Source: Selaginella moellendorffii (taxonomy: Eukaryota > Plantae > Lycopodiophyta). Taken from it: a stretch of DNA of 64,000 nucleotides. Location: positions 780,613-844,612 of the forward strand of contig NW_003314303.1 in the NCBI RefSeq assembly GCF_000143415.4, written 5' to 3'. The position numbers and the translations under genes are program-made. Below, in pieces: positions 1 to 12,762 of this stretch. A model generated the notes under the pieces. The model was given only the letters and a program-made list of their open reading frames with translations, did no database searches and was not told where the DNA came from. Position 1 is the stretch's first letter. Every line of letters starts with the position of its first letter.

Positions 1-59
1 AGTTGGCTTTTTTCTTTCAGTATTACCACTAGCTTCCTCAAAACTTATCCAGCTTTCAG

Positions 60-870
60 TTACCACGAAAACGTAGTGTGCTACTTCTCTTCATGGTTCG
101 AGAATGACTTTTTATATATCCAAATAGAGCTGTGCAAGATGAATCTATGAGATGAGAGCCTTGCATGAACATTCACGGAGAAGAAGTGTAAGCTCCTGAG
201 TTTGGACTTCCCGGGAGGTCACCCAGCCCAATACTATTCAAACCCAAGGACGTTTAACCCCAAATATCCCAATACCCTTAACTGATTAAAAAGGGGGTGC
301 ACTCTTATTCATGGGCCCTTTCCCTCTATATTTTAACCCCATAGATCGTCTCTTGAGTCGTTCTCTTTGGTTGCTTACAATAAGCTGACCGAGGTGATGT
401 TTCAAGTAAGCAGCTAAATTTTGTTCTTTTCTTATGACAGCTCTTAAACACTTTCAAGCACTTACACTCGCATGGACATGAAGCTTGACAAAATCTATAT
501 CCACAATCATGTCTACAAGATTGGTGACTTAGGCCTTGCCAGTCGAATCGATGGAACCATTTCCATCGAGGATGGTGACTTGAGATATCTCCTGATGGAG
601 TTCATCAACAATGATCACAGCCACCTCGACAAAGTTGACATGTTTTCCCTGGGGGCAACATTCTACAAGCTCACAAGATGCTCGCCACCACCAACATCTA
701 GAAGGCAGTATCAAGCCATCTGCTAGGGAAAGCTCACTCTTCTTCCTAGATTCTCTCTTGCATTCCAGAGCTTCATCAAGTCTCTGATGCATCTAGCAGC
801 AAAAAATCGCCCCTAGGCTGCTCAAGCTCTCAAGAATGCACTCTTCAAGAAGTCTATCAGGAGTTGCTGA
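60..870 (+). pseudogene. WEE1: WEE1-like kinase pseudogene (C-lobe)
   Basis: SWFENDFLYIQIELC...HMDMKLDKIYIHNHVYKIGDLGLASRIDG...EDGDLRY...DKVDMFSLGAT; several in-frame stops (e.g. 724-726) and an LTR insertion in an exon. Confidence 0.8.
187..379 (-). mobile_element. Cassandra-like solo LTR containing a 5S rRNA-derived segment
   Basis: TGTAAGC...GCTTACA inverted termini; 5-bp TSD AGAAG/ATAAG (182-186, 380-384); 204-259 is the reverse complement of the 5S rRNA internal control region (GTTAA..GT.CTTGGG....AGTA.TGG..GGGTGACCTCC.GGGAAGTCC). Confidence 0.85.
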
Positions 871-899
871 ACTTTCTGGGCTGCCGGATCTAGCCAATT

Positions 900-2365
900 G
901 CAGCCGTCTGATGAGGGGATAATTGTAAAGGGGTTATTTTTTTAACCACGTGTTTGCGAATAATCACACTGGTGTTTGCTCCCGGCCAATGGGAGGCGGC
1001 CAAGCTGCATGGGATGGGAGAGGAAGGTGCAGCAATGTGTGTCGCATGCATGTGTTTTGTAGCAGATCTTGCTGGAGTTCCAACCCCCCAATCTGGAGCT
1101 CACGGAAAAGATCTAGCATCGATCAATGCAATATGGGATTGTGGGCGATGCCAGTGATCACTACTATCCAAGAGACTAGATTTGGATCTGGCATGGTGTG
1201 GAAGATCGCAATTGCAATTGTGGGGCCAAGATGGCTGAATTGGATGTAGCTCGTGAGGATGGTGTTCCAGGACATTGTGTTGCTCTCTCGCACTAGAGAG
1301 GAGTCTTGCGCAAATGCCTATTCGAGGCCAATGCTGCAATCATGGCATTGTAGCTCGATTTGAGAGAAGATTTGCCGCACCTCCATGACATCCACAATCC
1401 AGGCATATGCATCAATGATCAATCTGATCGCGCTACAGTCCCAACTCTCTGGGCTCAAGCGATCAAACAGCACCCTGGCTTCCTTGATCCTCCTAGACTG
1501 AGCGTATGCCTCACCCAGTCCTCGAGTATGGAGATTGCGGAGTTGGGCGATGTGAATCGATCAAAGAGGAGCTTGGCCTGCTCAATCCTGCCACCAAATG
1601 CGAGTGCTGTGACCATGGCATTGATCGTCAGGGCGTTGTGATGGGGCATCAGACCAAAGAGGAGCTGCGCCTCATCAAGATTGCTGCTCCTCATGTAGCT
1701 AGAGATGATCGCATTCCATGCCGCCGCAACACACCACGGCATGGAATTGAAGAGTGCACATCTGGCCCCGTATGGCATGGGTGGAGATCATCGATGTCTA
1801 CAATACTGCATCTTGATCAGGCATGGAATCAAACACTTTTCTAGCATTGCCCACTCAATCACTCACGAGGTAGGCAGCCAGGGAGTGAGTTCCATGTGAC
1901 TGTGTTGTGTGACTCTATGGAATCAAACATGATCTTTGCATCCATGGCCAATACCTGCTGTGCATAAGCTCTGATCATTGTGCTCCAGAAGACAGGGTTT
2001 CTCTGTGGCATCATGGCGAAGAGAGCTTGAGCCTCACGGATATGGCCGCGAGAACCAATTGCTGTGATCATTAGGTTGTGTCTTTGAAAGGGATTCTCTG
2101 AAATATCATGATTGCATCGTTGATCCTCCCAGATTCTGCAATCGCACCCAAGAGGCTGTTCCACGAGCAGCAGTCCCACTCGGGCATCTCAAAGAAAACA
2201 ATGGCCATTTGCCCATTCGTGGCATTTTCCATATTCATAGAGTTCCAAGAGGCTATAGTTCGTAATGGCATAGAATCAAACAGATCCTTCACATTTTCTA
2301 AATCATTTCTTGATGCCAAAACTGATATCATTGTTGTATATGACGTAACATCTCGCTCTGGCATC
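900..2365 (-). pseudogene. PLS-class PPR pseudogene, 5' part in gap
   Basis: Repeated FDSMP..SWN..I motifs split across frameshifted ORFs (2071-2365, 1859-2179, 1455-1778). Confidence 0.8.
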
Positions 2366-2816
2366 NNNNNNNNNNNNNNNNNNNNNNNNNNNNNNNNNNN
2401 NNNNNNNNNNNNNNNNNNNNNNNNNNNNNNNNNNNNNNNNNNNNNNNNNNNNNNNNNNNNNNNNNNNNNNNNNNNNNNNNNNNNNNNNNNNNNNNNNNNN
2501 NNNNNNNNNNNNNNNNNNNNNNNNNNNNNNNNNNNNNNNNNNNNNNNNNNNNNNNNNNNNNNNNNNNNNNNNNNNNNNNNNNNNNNNNNNNNNNNNNNNN
2601 NNNNNNNNNNNNNNNNNNNNNNNNNNNNNNNNNNNNNNNNNNNNNNNNNNNNNNNNNNNNNNNNNNNNNNNNNNNNNNNNNNNNNNNNNNNNNNNNNNNN
2701 NNNNNNNNNNNNNNNNNNNNNNNNNNNNNNNNNNNNNNNNNNNNNNNNNNNNNNNNNNNNNNNNNNNNNNNNNNNNNNNNNNNNNNNNNNNNNNNNNNNN
2801 NNNNNNNNNNNNNNNN
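2366..2816. other. Assembly gap
   Basis: N run. Confidence 1.
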
Positions 2817-3347
2817 GAAAAAGCATATGCATATAGTTATTTTTTCAATTCTTCTTTCAAAGTGGAATATAATATATGTTATTTTAACACTATTTTAATT
2901 TAATTTATAATGTAATAAAACTATGATAATCAAAATTATGTTTGCTAACTGGGTAGTATATGTTGGCCAATGACTAGTGGGAAATAATACTGTTTTTTTT
3001 CCTTTTTGGGAAACAAAATGTGGTAACATGACGTTATATTTATGAAACCACTTATGGGGTACGTGCCACAACATTTTACATTTCTGCTGGAGCATTCTTA
3101 TGTCTGTGAGTTTTATCTGATAATCTGACCCAAAAGATTGATATCCCAATCAACTGTCACCCAATGTCTCGCTTCACCTGAGTGCTTTATCTCTGAAACA
3201 ACAATGTTTCTACTATTGGTCTCTTTTTTTTTTGCAAACCAGAATATGTTCCACGGACCATGAACATTGCAAGTGATTGCAATACTTGTCCTATTGTTCT
3301 CATTTGTGTGTGCATTTGGAGGTCTGCCATTTTGTGCTCTTCAGAAC

Positions 3348-5873
3348 CATAGTTGCATCTGAACATTCGAACACAACCGGATTCGAATGGGTATCGAACG
3401 TTTAATACCCGTTTAGCTCTTTTTTTGAATGGGTATAATGGTTTTCAGTTTTAATATAATTAAAAATTAATTAACTGATACTAAACAAAGTTTAACATAA
3501 TATAATATAGGTTTAATCTAATCTTCATCCTCCGAATCTAGAACATCATCACCACTAGCACCGTCGTCATCAGGTTGTTGAAGAGGTTCTTCAACAACCT
3601 CCTGACGTGCAAGGATCCTTTGCCACTGAGGCTCAAGCTCAAGGTTATCAAGATCATGCTCGATAAGCCTCAAACTCCCGGACTTGATCTTCTGTGCGAC
3701 ATGCATATTTGTGTGCACAAAAACCAGCTTCTCCGAGTTTTTGGAGAGAAGTCGAGACCTCCTCTTTTTCTGGATCATGCTCCATGAGCTCCAGTTTTGC
3801 TCGCATGGTGAAGCACAAACTAGCTGACTCAAGATCCGTAAAGCAAGCCTTTGAAGTTCTGGTGTGCCTGCACCAAAGTTGCTCCACCAACTCACCGGGT
3901 GTTTCTGGTTCTCCATCTATACAAGAGAATCAATCTAAAAAGTTGACAAACAAACAATTTATACGCACTTGCTTTGCTGCCTCTGAAGAGAACAAACAGC
4001 CAAGTTATTGATGGAAACTCTAAAACTCATGCAGCAACTTGTGCTGAAGTCCTCGATCTCCTTTGCAATACAACTCTAGGTACTCCACAAAATCTTCCTA
4101 AGCCTCCTGGTCAAGAGGGAGATGAAGAAAAGCTGGGTTTAGAACAAAAGCAGCTCCATGCAAGATCGAATGCATCTGGAACCAACGAGCTGCTTTCCGA
4201 CCTCCCTCACCATGATCCTCCATCATGAACCTGTTGATCTCCTCAACCTCTTCCTCGGTTAAAATCCCAGTCTCAACAGCCTCTGAAAGCTTCTCATTCA
4301 TCCGGTCCATAGTCTCGAAAATGAGACCGGAAGTTGCCCCCTCCCGGTCCGCAAGCTTCAAGACCTTGAGGAGCGGTCCAAGCAGCACCAACAAGTGCTG
4401 GCACCTAGTCCAGAAAGAGTTCGGAGTCTCTTCTAAGATCCAAGTCCAATCGCTACCACTTAGAGCTCACAACCATCTCCTTCAATGCCTCCAAGGTCGT
4501 CAGATTCAGGAGCTGAGACATCACTAGAAACATGTAAGCGAACCTTGTGCTCACCAGCTTGATGAGATCCCGATTGCTCAGCTTCCGAAACAAAGCCAGA
4601 ACACGAGGTTTTTTGGTGATAAAAGTTACCACCTTGTTGCAGCCTTTCACCAGTGGTTTTACCCACGACAAGCTCCCAATGTCTTCGAACACACATCGGC
4701 TGTGGAGAATGTGAGGATACTCAGCTGTCATGACTTCTCCCATCTGCACACAGTTTGATGCATTGTTAGTGATCACCTGAACAACGTTTTCTTCGCTAAC
4801 TTCTTGAATCACTTTCTTCAGCTCGACCCAAATCCACTCTCCCATCTTTGTCCTGCCCTCGGAATCTACAGACTTCAAGAAAACCAAACCCTAGACATTG
4901 GAGGCCATGAAGTTGATCAAGGATTGGCTACAGTTGTTAGATCAGCCATCGGTGATGATGCTAACTCCATATCTTCTCCACCCCTCACGGATTGCATCAA
5001 GTCAAGCATTGACACTATCATAAAGCTTCTTCAACTTTGTACTCCACAGCTTCTCATATCCCATCATCTGTGCAAGAGCTCCAAGGCCGAAGTTGATAGC
5101 AGCTTGAAGCAACTTCCTCAGATTTGACCTCCGAATGGTGTTGAAAGGGATATTTTAAACGTAGAAGAACTCGGCCACGGCATCATCCAGACATTGAACC
5201 TTTGCAGACTTCATCATCTTTCGAATGTCACCATCCAGCACCGGTGCAGCACTTTGTTTAAGACTGCTGCTCCCGTAAAGTGGAACGTTGCTGCTGCTCG
5301 CCTTGCCAAGCCCTCCGGTAGCACCACCACTTGCCCTGCAGCTGGCACCACCGCTCACCTCACCAACCTTAGTCTCGTGAGCTAAGGCAAGTCTCTCTTG
5401 GGGACTTGCTGCAATCATGGAGCTCTTTGTGAGCTCCACACGATTAAAAGATGCCCAAGCCTTGTTCACCACCTCCAGTGGCACCTATCCTGTACAAATC
5501 TCTACATTCCTTCCTTTCACACCCCCAAGGTGAGCACGAACTCGTTCAGCCGCGCCGGTGTAAGTATTCGAGCAATACTTACACTTCCATGGATTCACGC
5601 CATGGCTTGTCTCGGATGTCGGCTTCAGTTTCAGAACATGAGCCCAGCTCCAGCATGGCTGCCTTCCTCCCCCCCATCCCGGACTTACCTCAGCGCTTCC
5701 GGATCCTGCGAACCCTGATTTTACATGAACCCTAATCCTAAGTAAAAGAAAGCATATTCTTTAGGGTTTTTTAAAAATATTTCTTGGTGTTTAAATGCTA
5801 TTTTAAATGCCGTATTATACACGCATTTTAAATGGCATTTTTTATTAATCGTACCCGTTAGAATGCAAGTATG
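3348..5873 (-). mobile_element. Defective hAT DNA transposon
   Basis: Imperfect TIR CATAGTTGCAT / ATGCAAGTATG; subterminal TACCCGTT/AATGGGTA motifs; BED finger (WAHV..CKYC..AHL..C), DUF659 (VVQVITNNASNC), hAT dimerisation domain (WWSNFG..PELQRLALRILSQ..SPCEQNWS); stops and frameshifts. Confidence 0.9.
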
Positions 5874-6250
5874 CATCAAGCAATCCAGAAGCTGTGCGAT
5901 GGATGACATCAGGGATGTGTGGCTCTAGAGATGCATACCTTCTCGTTGATGAAATCCGTCCAGAAGCGATACTCTGCGCGGAGGAGAGCGTCTGGAGGCA
6001 GCAGTGGAGATTCTCTGCGCTAGACCTTGTCGATGTACTGAACAATAATGACTGATTCCACAATGGGCTTCCCATTGTGAATGAGAACCGGGACCTTCTT
6101 GTGGATTGGATTGGATTCGAGCAGGAGCTGGCCTTTGTTCTTCAGGTCCTGGGGGAGATCATCGTGCTCGATGCCTTTGAGTAGCAATGCAATCTTTACT
6201 CGCAGAGAAAAGTGGCTCACCCGGGAGCTGAGCAGCGTCACGCCTTCCAT
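5874..6250 (-). pseudogene. Truncated tau-class GST pseudogene
   Basis: ESNPIHKKVPVLIH; TGG>TAG at 6020; exon 2 cut after LLDCLM by the hAT end. Confidence 0.85.
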
Positions 6251-6417
6251 GGATCCGGAATGGATTGGAAAATGAGGTCTCGAGAGAACAGTAGAATTCT
6301 AGAATGCGATCAATCCAAACAGTAGTGACATTGTCATTATGTTATCTGATCAATGTTTTAGCTATCAATATGCTCAATCAAGATATGGCTGGAAAAGTGT
6401 TATTCATGCAAAGGTTT

Positions 6418-7129
6418 CTACTTATTTCGGATTAATTCCTTGAGCTTCTCGACCGGGGGCAGTGCGCCCTTGGCAGCGGGATGCTCGGACACGGCCTCGA
6501 AGAACTTGTGGAGACGCGGGCACTGCTCCTCGCTGGCATGCTTCAAGCCCATCACTCCCACAACCCCGGGGGCGTAGGGAGCGAGCATCACATCTAAGAA
6601 GGAGAAGCTCGCGCCGCCGAAGAAGGGACCCTCTTGTTCACTCCCCAGCTTCGTCAAGGCCCCCTCGAGAAGCACGCAGTTGGCGATGAATTCCTCGTTT
6701 GCGGCATCTTTGTCGTTCCCGCGCACGAAACGCATCAAGCAGTCCAGCAGCTGTACAAGCAAAGGCGTGAGATCGAGTAGATTTCTCGAGATTTATAGAA
6801 CATACCTTCTTGTCGATGAAATCGGTCCAGAAGCGGTGCTCTGCGCGGAGGAATGCGTCTTTTGGCAAGAGTGGCGATGTTCCAGGCCAAACCTCGTCGA
6901 TGTAGTGGACGATGATGGCCGACTCTGCGATGGGCTTGCCCTTGTGGATGAGAACCGGGACCTTCTTGTGAACTGGATTGGACTCGAGTAGGATCTTGCT
7001 CTTGTTGCCCAAATCCTGGGGGAGATCTTCGTGCTCGATGCCCTTGAGCAACAGTGCAAGCTTGGCTCGCATCGAGAAGGGGCTGGCCCAAAAGCTGAGC
7101 AGTGTTACATCTTGATCACTAGAAGCCAT
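6418..7129 (-). CDS. GSTU: Tau-class glutathione S-transferase (exons 7129-6806, 6750-6418)
   Basis: WASPFSMR, SNPVHKKVPVLIH, ESAIIVHYIDEVW; one GT-AG intron at the conserved position. Confidence 0.93.
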
Positions 7130-7465
7130 TGGAAATGGAAATCGAGAAGAAAGATCTGGAATGCGAGAGGCTGGAGAAAGGTTTGTTGGAGTCGCGCTTT
7201 ATATGGGAGCGAGGGGAGTTCCAGAACATAATTTGTACCTTCGTTAGGCCACGATTGACTGGGAAGAGATATTCGAGAAGAAATCTTCGTGAATGTCGGT
7301 AGAACACTTAAGTTTTTAACCCGGTTATTCCACCCTGTTCACTGTTTGATTTAGAAAGATCCTTAGAATCCCGGCTTCAAGACAGCAGAAGAATTTGATT
7401 TTGTCAACTGAGATCTTGCACTGGTAGATCAAAGCGACCACAGTTTGTTAGACCGAAGCCAAAGA

Positions 7466-8937
7466 TCACGATCGAGTGTCGCTAGAACACAAGTCTGTGA
7501 ATAGCATCAGGTTATTCCGAGAGCCACCACCCGGTGCCGCTGCCTTTCTCGCCGCGTCCCTGAATTCCCTCGCTCTCGCCTTTCGAGCTTTGTCGCTGAA
7601 GATCCTCGCAATGGCCTCAGCAATCTCCTCCCGCTTCACAAACGCGTCGGAGCTCCTCCCGTCCGAAACTTCCACCCCGATGCGGCACCTCTCCGCCATG
7701 ATCTTGCGGTTGAGCCCCTGCTCGTATATCCGAGGCCAGCAGATGATCGGCACGCCGCTCGAGACGTTCTCCAGGACCGAGTTCCATCCGCAGTGGCTCA
7801 CGAATCCAGCCACTGCCCTGTGCGCCAGAACTTCTCTCTGCGGCGCCCATGAAACCACCAGGCCTCGTCCCTTGGTCCGCTCGACGAAGTTCTTGTAGAA
7901 GTCACTGTTCTTCACCAGGACTGTCGTGTCTGCTTCGTCCACGAACTGGGGCGGCCTGACTGTGAGCAAGAACGGCACCTTGCTCGCCTCCAAACCGAGC
8001 GCGAGCTCCTCGAATTCCTCCTGCGACAGCTTCGCTATGCTGCCGAATGCGACATAGAGGACTGAGTCTGGCTCCTGCGTGTCGAGCCAGTCGAGGCATT
8101 CCCTGTCCTCCTTGAGAAAGCTCAGCACGGACTTCAAGTCGCCGTGATCATCCAGCACCGGGAACAAGGGACCGATTGGCAGAAACTTGTCGTTGAAAAG
8201 CTTCTTCATCGCGTCCACCACCTCGGGCTCCAGCTCGTGGAATGTGTTACACAGGATCCAGGAGGACGCCTTGAGTCGCTCGGCTCCAGCACGAAAGTAC
8301 TCAAGGACGGCTTCCGTGTAGTGCCATGGAAGATCAGACTGCTTGATCGAGTCTATCCCCGGAATGTAAGTGATTTCTCGGTCCTCGCCATCTGATTTTA
8401 AACAAGACAAAGATTTAGAGCTATAAGAGTTGACAAAGACAAACCTTTTATCGGAAGATCGCCTTCGGAAATAAGTAGTGGGACGTGGTACTCAACAGCA
8501 AACCAAGCCGCACTTCCAGGCCAGTAAACAGCGTATGGAATTCCAAATTCGCTGGCGACTGGAGCACACCATGATCCAGCATAGTGATCAGAGATTATGA
8601 CGGTAACGCGAGGTCCACTGCCATTCAGAGCTTGGATCAAATTCTTGAACTCGCCGCCGAGATCGTAAACTGCTCTTGAAAAGCGCATTAGATCAGCTTC
8701 TGCAGCAGCGAGAACTCCTTTCGACAAATCCACCGCGGGATGAAGAGGCTCCAGCCTGATATCCAACTCCGAAGGAAAATCCCATACCTTGATCTGCTCA
8801 TGAATGGAAACCACGTTGGCGATGGTAACTGCGCATCCGAGTTCTGCCAGCTTCTTGCCGAGGAACACAACTGGCGAAAAGTGCCCCTGAGCAGGATACG
8901 GGACGAGTACCACATGTGGTTTGCCTGCAAAAATCAT
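7466..8937 (-). CDS. Family 1 UDP-glycosyltransferase (exons 8937-8445, 8391-7466)
   Basis: PHVVLVPYPAQGH; PSPG box WAPQREVLAH..FVSHCGWNS..EQ. Confidence 0.93.
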
Positions 8938-9066
8938 ATTGTCAATGCAGTTTCTCTAGAAGAAGAAGAAAGAACGAACCTGAAGCGCTATATTTTGGTG
9001 GAGTAGGCCAGCTGACACACCGAAGCCCGTTCCTCGCCCTTCCACGTTGGCCTTTTCCGGAAAGAA

Positions 9067-11244
9067 TCATTCTTCCGTCTCGGGGAAAACGAGTGGACAC
9101 TTGTCGCAGGTTCCTGCCTTCAGTAACTCTCTGGCAGCGTCATCCAGTAGAAAGCTGAAAATCTCCTTCGCAATTTGCACTGCTATTCTCTGTAGCTCCT
9201 CCTCTGTGCCTGCCCAGTTTGCCTCTTTACTAACATCTCCCTGGTGAAGGCCTTCGACTGACTGCTGCTGGAGGCCTGTGTTATGGCATATCTCACTCCA
9301 AACGTCTCGCAGAAGTCCCCGGCTCGAAGGCGTACAAGACTTCCGAGCCAAAATCTCGTTGACGACGTCGAAGAGAAACCGGCGATGAGATAAATTGTCA
9401 GGATTTCCTTGGTAGTCTGCTTCCAGCGTCTGAAAAACTTGAGAAATAGCCACAGACCTTCGACTGCCACACTCATAAAGGGGCGGATTCTTGGACGCCA
9501 AAAGTACCTTAGAAACGTAGACAAGATCTGCTAGACGAGTATCAGCCACAGGTTTCTCTGTGTTTACTCCCCGATTCGGTGCTTTTAAAAATCGACGAGT
9601 TTCTGCAAGACACCACGTTAATTCAGAGAAAGAAAAACTTGTTCATAGGTAGCATTACCTCCCGAGTGTCTTTTGCGAAGTTCCAAAATAGAAGACACTG
9701 GACTTGTCTGCTGTGAAGAGAGCAACGCCTCGCTCGCATTTCCAGTGGCCTGAAAAAATTCGTCATCGAGAGAAAGACAATCTTGGAAACCATACCTCTA
9801 CGATTTCAACTTGAGGGGCCAGTCGTGTATCATAAACTTCAGAAAAGGTTCTCTGTTCTAGCGTGTCTCCAGGCTGGTCTTCGTCCACGAGACCCTGCTT
9901 TCTCGAAAGTTTTATTGGCGTCGTTTGGTATGCTGGCGAAGAAGTCGTAAGATTCGCACTTTCCAATCTTTGATGGCAACTGATATATCGTCTCAGTGTC
10001 GGGGTGGAAGCGTCTTGGATGTCCAGTGGCGTCCGTTCCGGCGACGGCAAATGCGAGCTGACGTCTCTGAAAGCACTCTCCCGAGCCTTCCTGGCGATCT
10101 CTTGAGCGATTTCTTTCGCATCCTTGGAGCCATCTCTGAGGCGATGTTTAACGAACTCCCTGGCAGATTGCTGCTGCGTTTTGGTTTCGGTGACAGCGTG
10201 CAGTACTTTCTCCCTGGCTGGAGAGTCGGGTTCAAACTCCCCCCTGTGAAATCGCGGTTGCGTTTCAAAGACTTTGTTGCTGGTTGTTTCCCGAAAATCT
10301 GGAGAGTGCGGCTTGTTGATCATCACCTTCTCGTGAAATTGTCTAGTTTCTCTTGTGCTAGCATGTACTGGTGGAGAACAGGACCCTGTTTCTTGTCTTC
10401 CCTTTGCCGGACCAGGCTTCAAAACTACAATCCTCGTCGAACCATTGTCAATAGAGACTTTCTTTCGACTTTCAGCACGTTGCCCTTCATGTCCGTTCAA
10501 CAAGAGATGAAAAAGAGTTGGCGTCTTCAAAGGCTCCTCATTCACAGGCTCCACTGGATTTTCAAGCTGGAGAAAGCTGTCCTTACTCGGCTCGAGAGAC
10601 CGCATCGCTTCGAAAAGCTGCCGGGATCGGTGTGTAACCCTCGGAGAGTAATTCGGTGTTGTTCCCTCCCGGAAAGTCTCGCCCAGCACTGACTTTGTGG
10701 CTCTTGAAAACTGGCCAGCTTCTTGCGACTGTGTCTCACCCGAGAGTTTGCGCGAGACAGCTTCTATCATCTTCGCCCTTTCCAACGAAGAGCCGTTCCT
10801 CTTAAGCATGTCACCCATTGTCTCCACCGGCATTGTCTCGAGACCCATAAGTCTTGCCACTACACCGGGTGGTTTTACTTTTGCGCACGTTGAAAGAACG
10901 CTATGCTTCGCAGCTGGAATCTCAAAGCCAAACTGGAAGATCATATGGTGAGACACACGAATAGAAAGAAAAAATAAAAACGAAGAACACTCTAAAAGAC
11001 TTACGGGGATGTCTTCGTGAATCCATCGAGAACTCGAGACTGGACAATCCAGGCTATTCCTCGGAGCTTCGACTCCTGGAAGAAAAATCTGAGGGGCTCG
11101 ATCGACACGCAAGAAAAATCAATGCCGGTTTCGTATACCTTCTCGATTCCTCCTGCAAGATCGATTGGTGCTCCCGGAGGAGAAGATCCCGAATATCGGA
11201 GTGCTCATGCCTTGTACCAAACGATAATCTACCTCAAGATCCAT
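9067..11244 (-). CDS. TON1-recruiting motif (TRM/LONGIFOLIA-like) protein, multi-exon, start approximate
   Basis: GVVARLMGLETMP, TRIVVLKPGP, C-terminal DUF4378-like RRFLFDVVNEIL...IAKEIFSFLL. Confidence 0.8.
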
Positions 11245-11804
11245 CAATCCCTGACATTCTAGCATGCGCGCTTACTTTGGAATGGAGAATCCCTCGCCCG
11301 GCGCTCGCGAAAGAGCTCCTCGATCGCGAACAAAGGAATGATATAACGAGGAAGACCTAGAAAGAAGAAAACGTACCTTTGGAAGAGCGCAAATTGAAAG
11401 CCTCTTACCCGCCGCCAAATTTTACACAACGACATTGACCGCTGGTAAATTCTGGAGACTTTTACCATGCTCAGATGTCCCCTAGTACACAATGCGTTAT
11501 CTCGTGAACAGTGTGACGAATATTCTATTAGGGTAGGAAAAAAATATTTAACTTGATTGTAAAGAGTATTTGGAGGAATATTGTACAATGGTTACAAAAT
11601 ATTCTAACTTGGAACTTACCGCAGGTAATATGGAAACTTCGTCAAAGAAGCGTTGATTCTCTGTATTTTCTCCACAAAATACTTCTTCAGTAAACCTGTC
11701 CCGACACTTTTCTATACTCGAAAGCTTCCCTTGTGTATAAGGCCAATTGTCGACGAGCGCGCTTCCTTTATATAAATAGCTAGCTTGCTATCAGTGTCTC
11801 TTCA

Positions 11805-12540
11805 TTTGTGTGGAGAGAGCTCAAGGTTTGTTCTTGCGATGGGATGTGGGCGTCGCACTTCAGTCTCAATCCTAGGTTTGCTGATGCCGAAATACTCCGA
11901 AGATTGTATGTGAATTTTCTTCTCATCCATGCTAAAATTCCGGGATTTTCTCTCTTCGTCCAGGAAATGGTAAATTAGGACTGACTTTTGCGGAGAGTCC
12001 CGGCGAATGTAAAGAATATCGCTGTTCCTCACGGCACTGTCAACTGGTGGTCTAACTCTGGCACTTCAAAGTTTAGTGTTTTGTGTCTCGGAGAGCCTCA
12101 AAGCTGGAGAATTCACTGTAAGTCCTTCTTGGATTTTTGTTTTTAGCGCTGAACTTCTCAAAGGTTTGATTGCTCCATAGCCAGAAGGAAGAGAGGATTG
12201 TTTTGCTCAATGCTGGAGACAACCGATTTGAGCAACTCTTCTTATGGAGAGTATGCTTACAACTGCGAGGAGGCAAAGCTCGACGTGGATATAAAAAACG
12301 GAGGCAGAGTTTCCGTTTTATCCAGCGATAGCTTGCCAATTTTCAAGCACGTCGGTCTTGGTGCTGAGCTCGTCAAGCTGGATCCGGTAAGTTTTAGCTG
12401 ATCACTTGGATCTTATAGTCACATCCGTGGATTTCTTGCAGCATGCGATGTGCTGGCCAGGATTTTCCTCCGACTCTGCGTACCACGAGTCCAAGTCGTG
12501 AACCAAAATGGCAAGAGAGTGATCGATCATATGCTCGGTG
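11805..12540 (+). pseudogene. 11S globulin-like bicupin pseudogene
   Basis: Fragments MPKYSED, IAVPHGTVNWW, LKAGEFT, NCEEAKLDVDIKNGGRV..VGLGAELVKLD, PGFSSDSA, RVQVVNQNGKRV with deletions/frameshifts; TATA at ~11768. Confidence 0.75.
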
Positions 12541-12762
12541 TTTACCATTGTTTATTCGAAATAAATTCTAGGGTTTATCATCGCATCAGCGCGCGTTATC
12601 CGAAACTACAATAATGAGATTCTTGGCAATTAGGACAGGAGATTTGTTTCCAGATTTCTAGCATCGAGGATCCGTGCCAAACTCTAGATCAATCAATTGG
12701 AAAGAGGAAGCTGAAAGAATGGAAAGTTTGGCAAAGAAGCGTGGGCGGGAGCAAACATTCTT

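Noticed and set aside
204-259. 5S rRNA gene
   Set aside because: Only about 56 nt, embedded in an LTR with TSD; not a full gene
2071-2836. Long ORFs spanning N runs (also at 57.7 and 60.5 kb)
   Set aside because: Gap artefacts
9925-10692. Long antisense ORFs (also 42804-43628, 32239-32922)
   Set aside because: Shadows of real genes on the opposite strand
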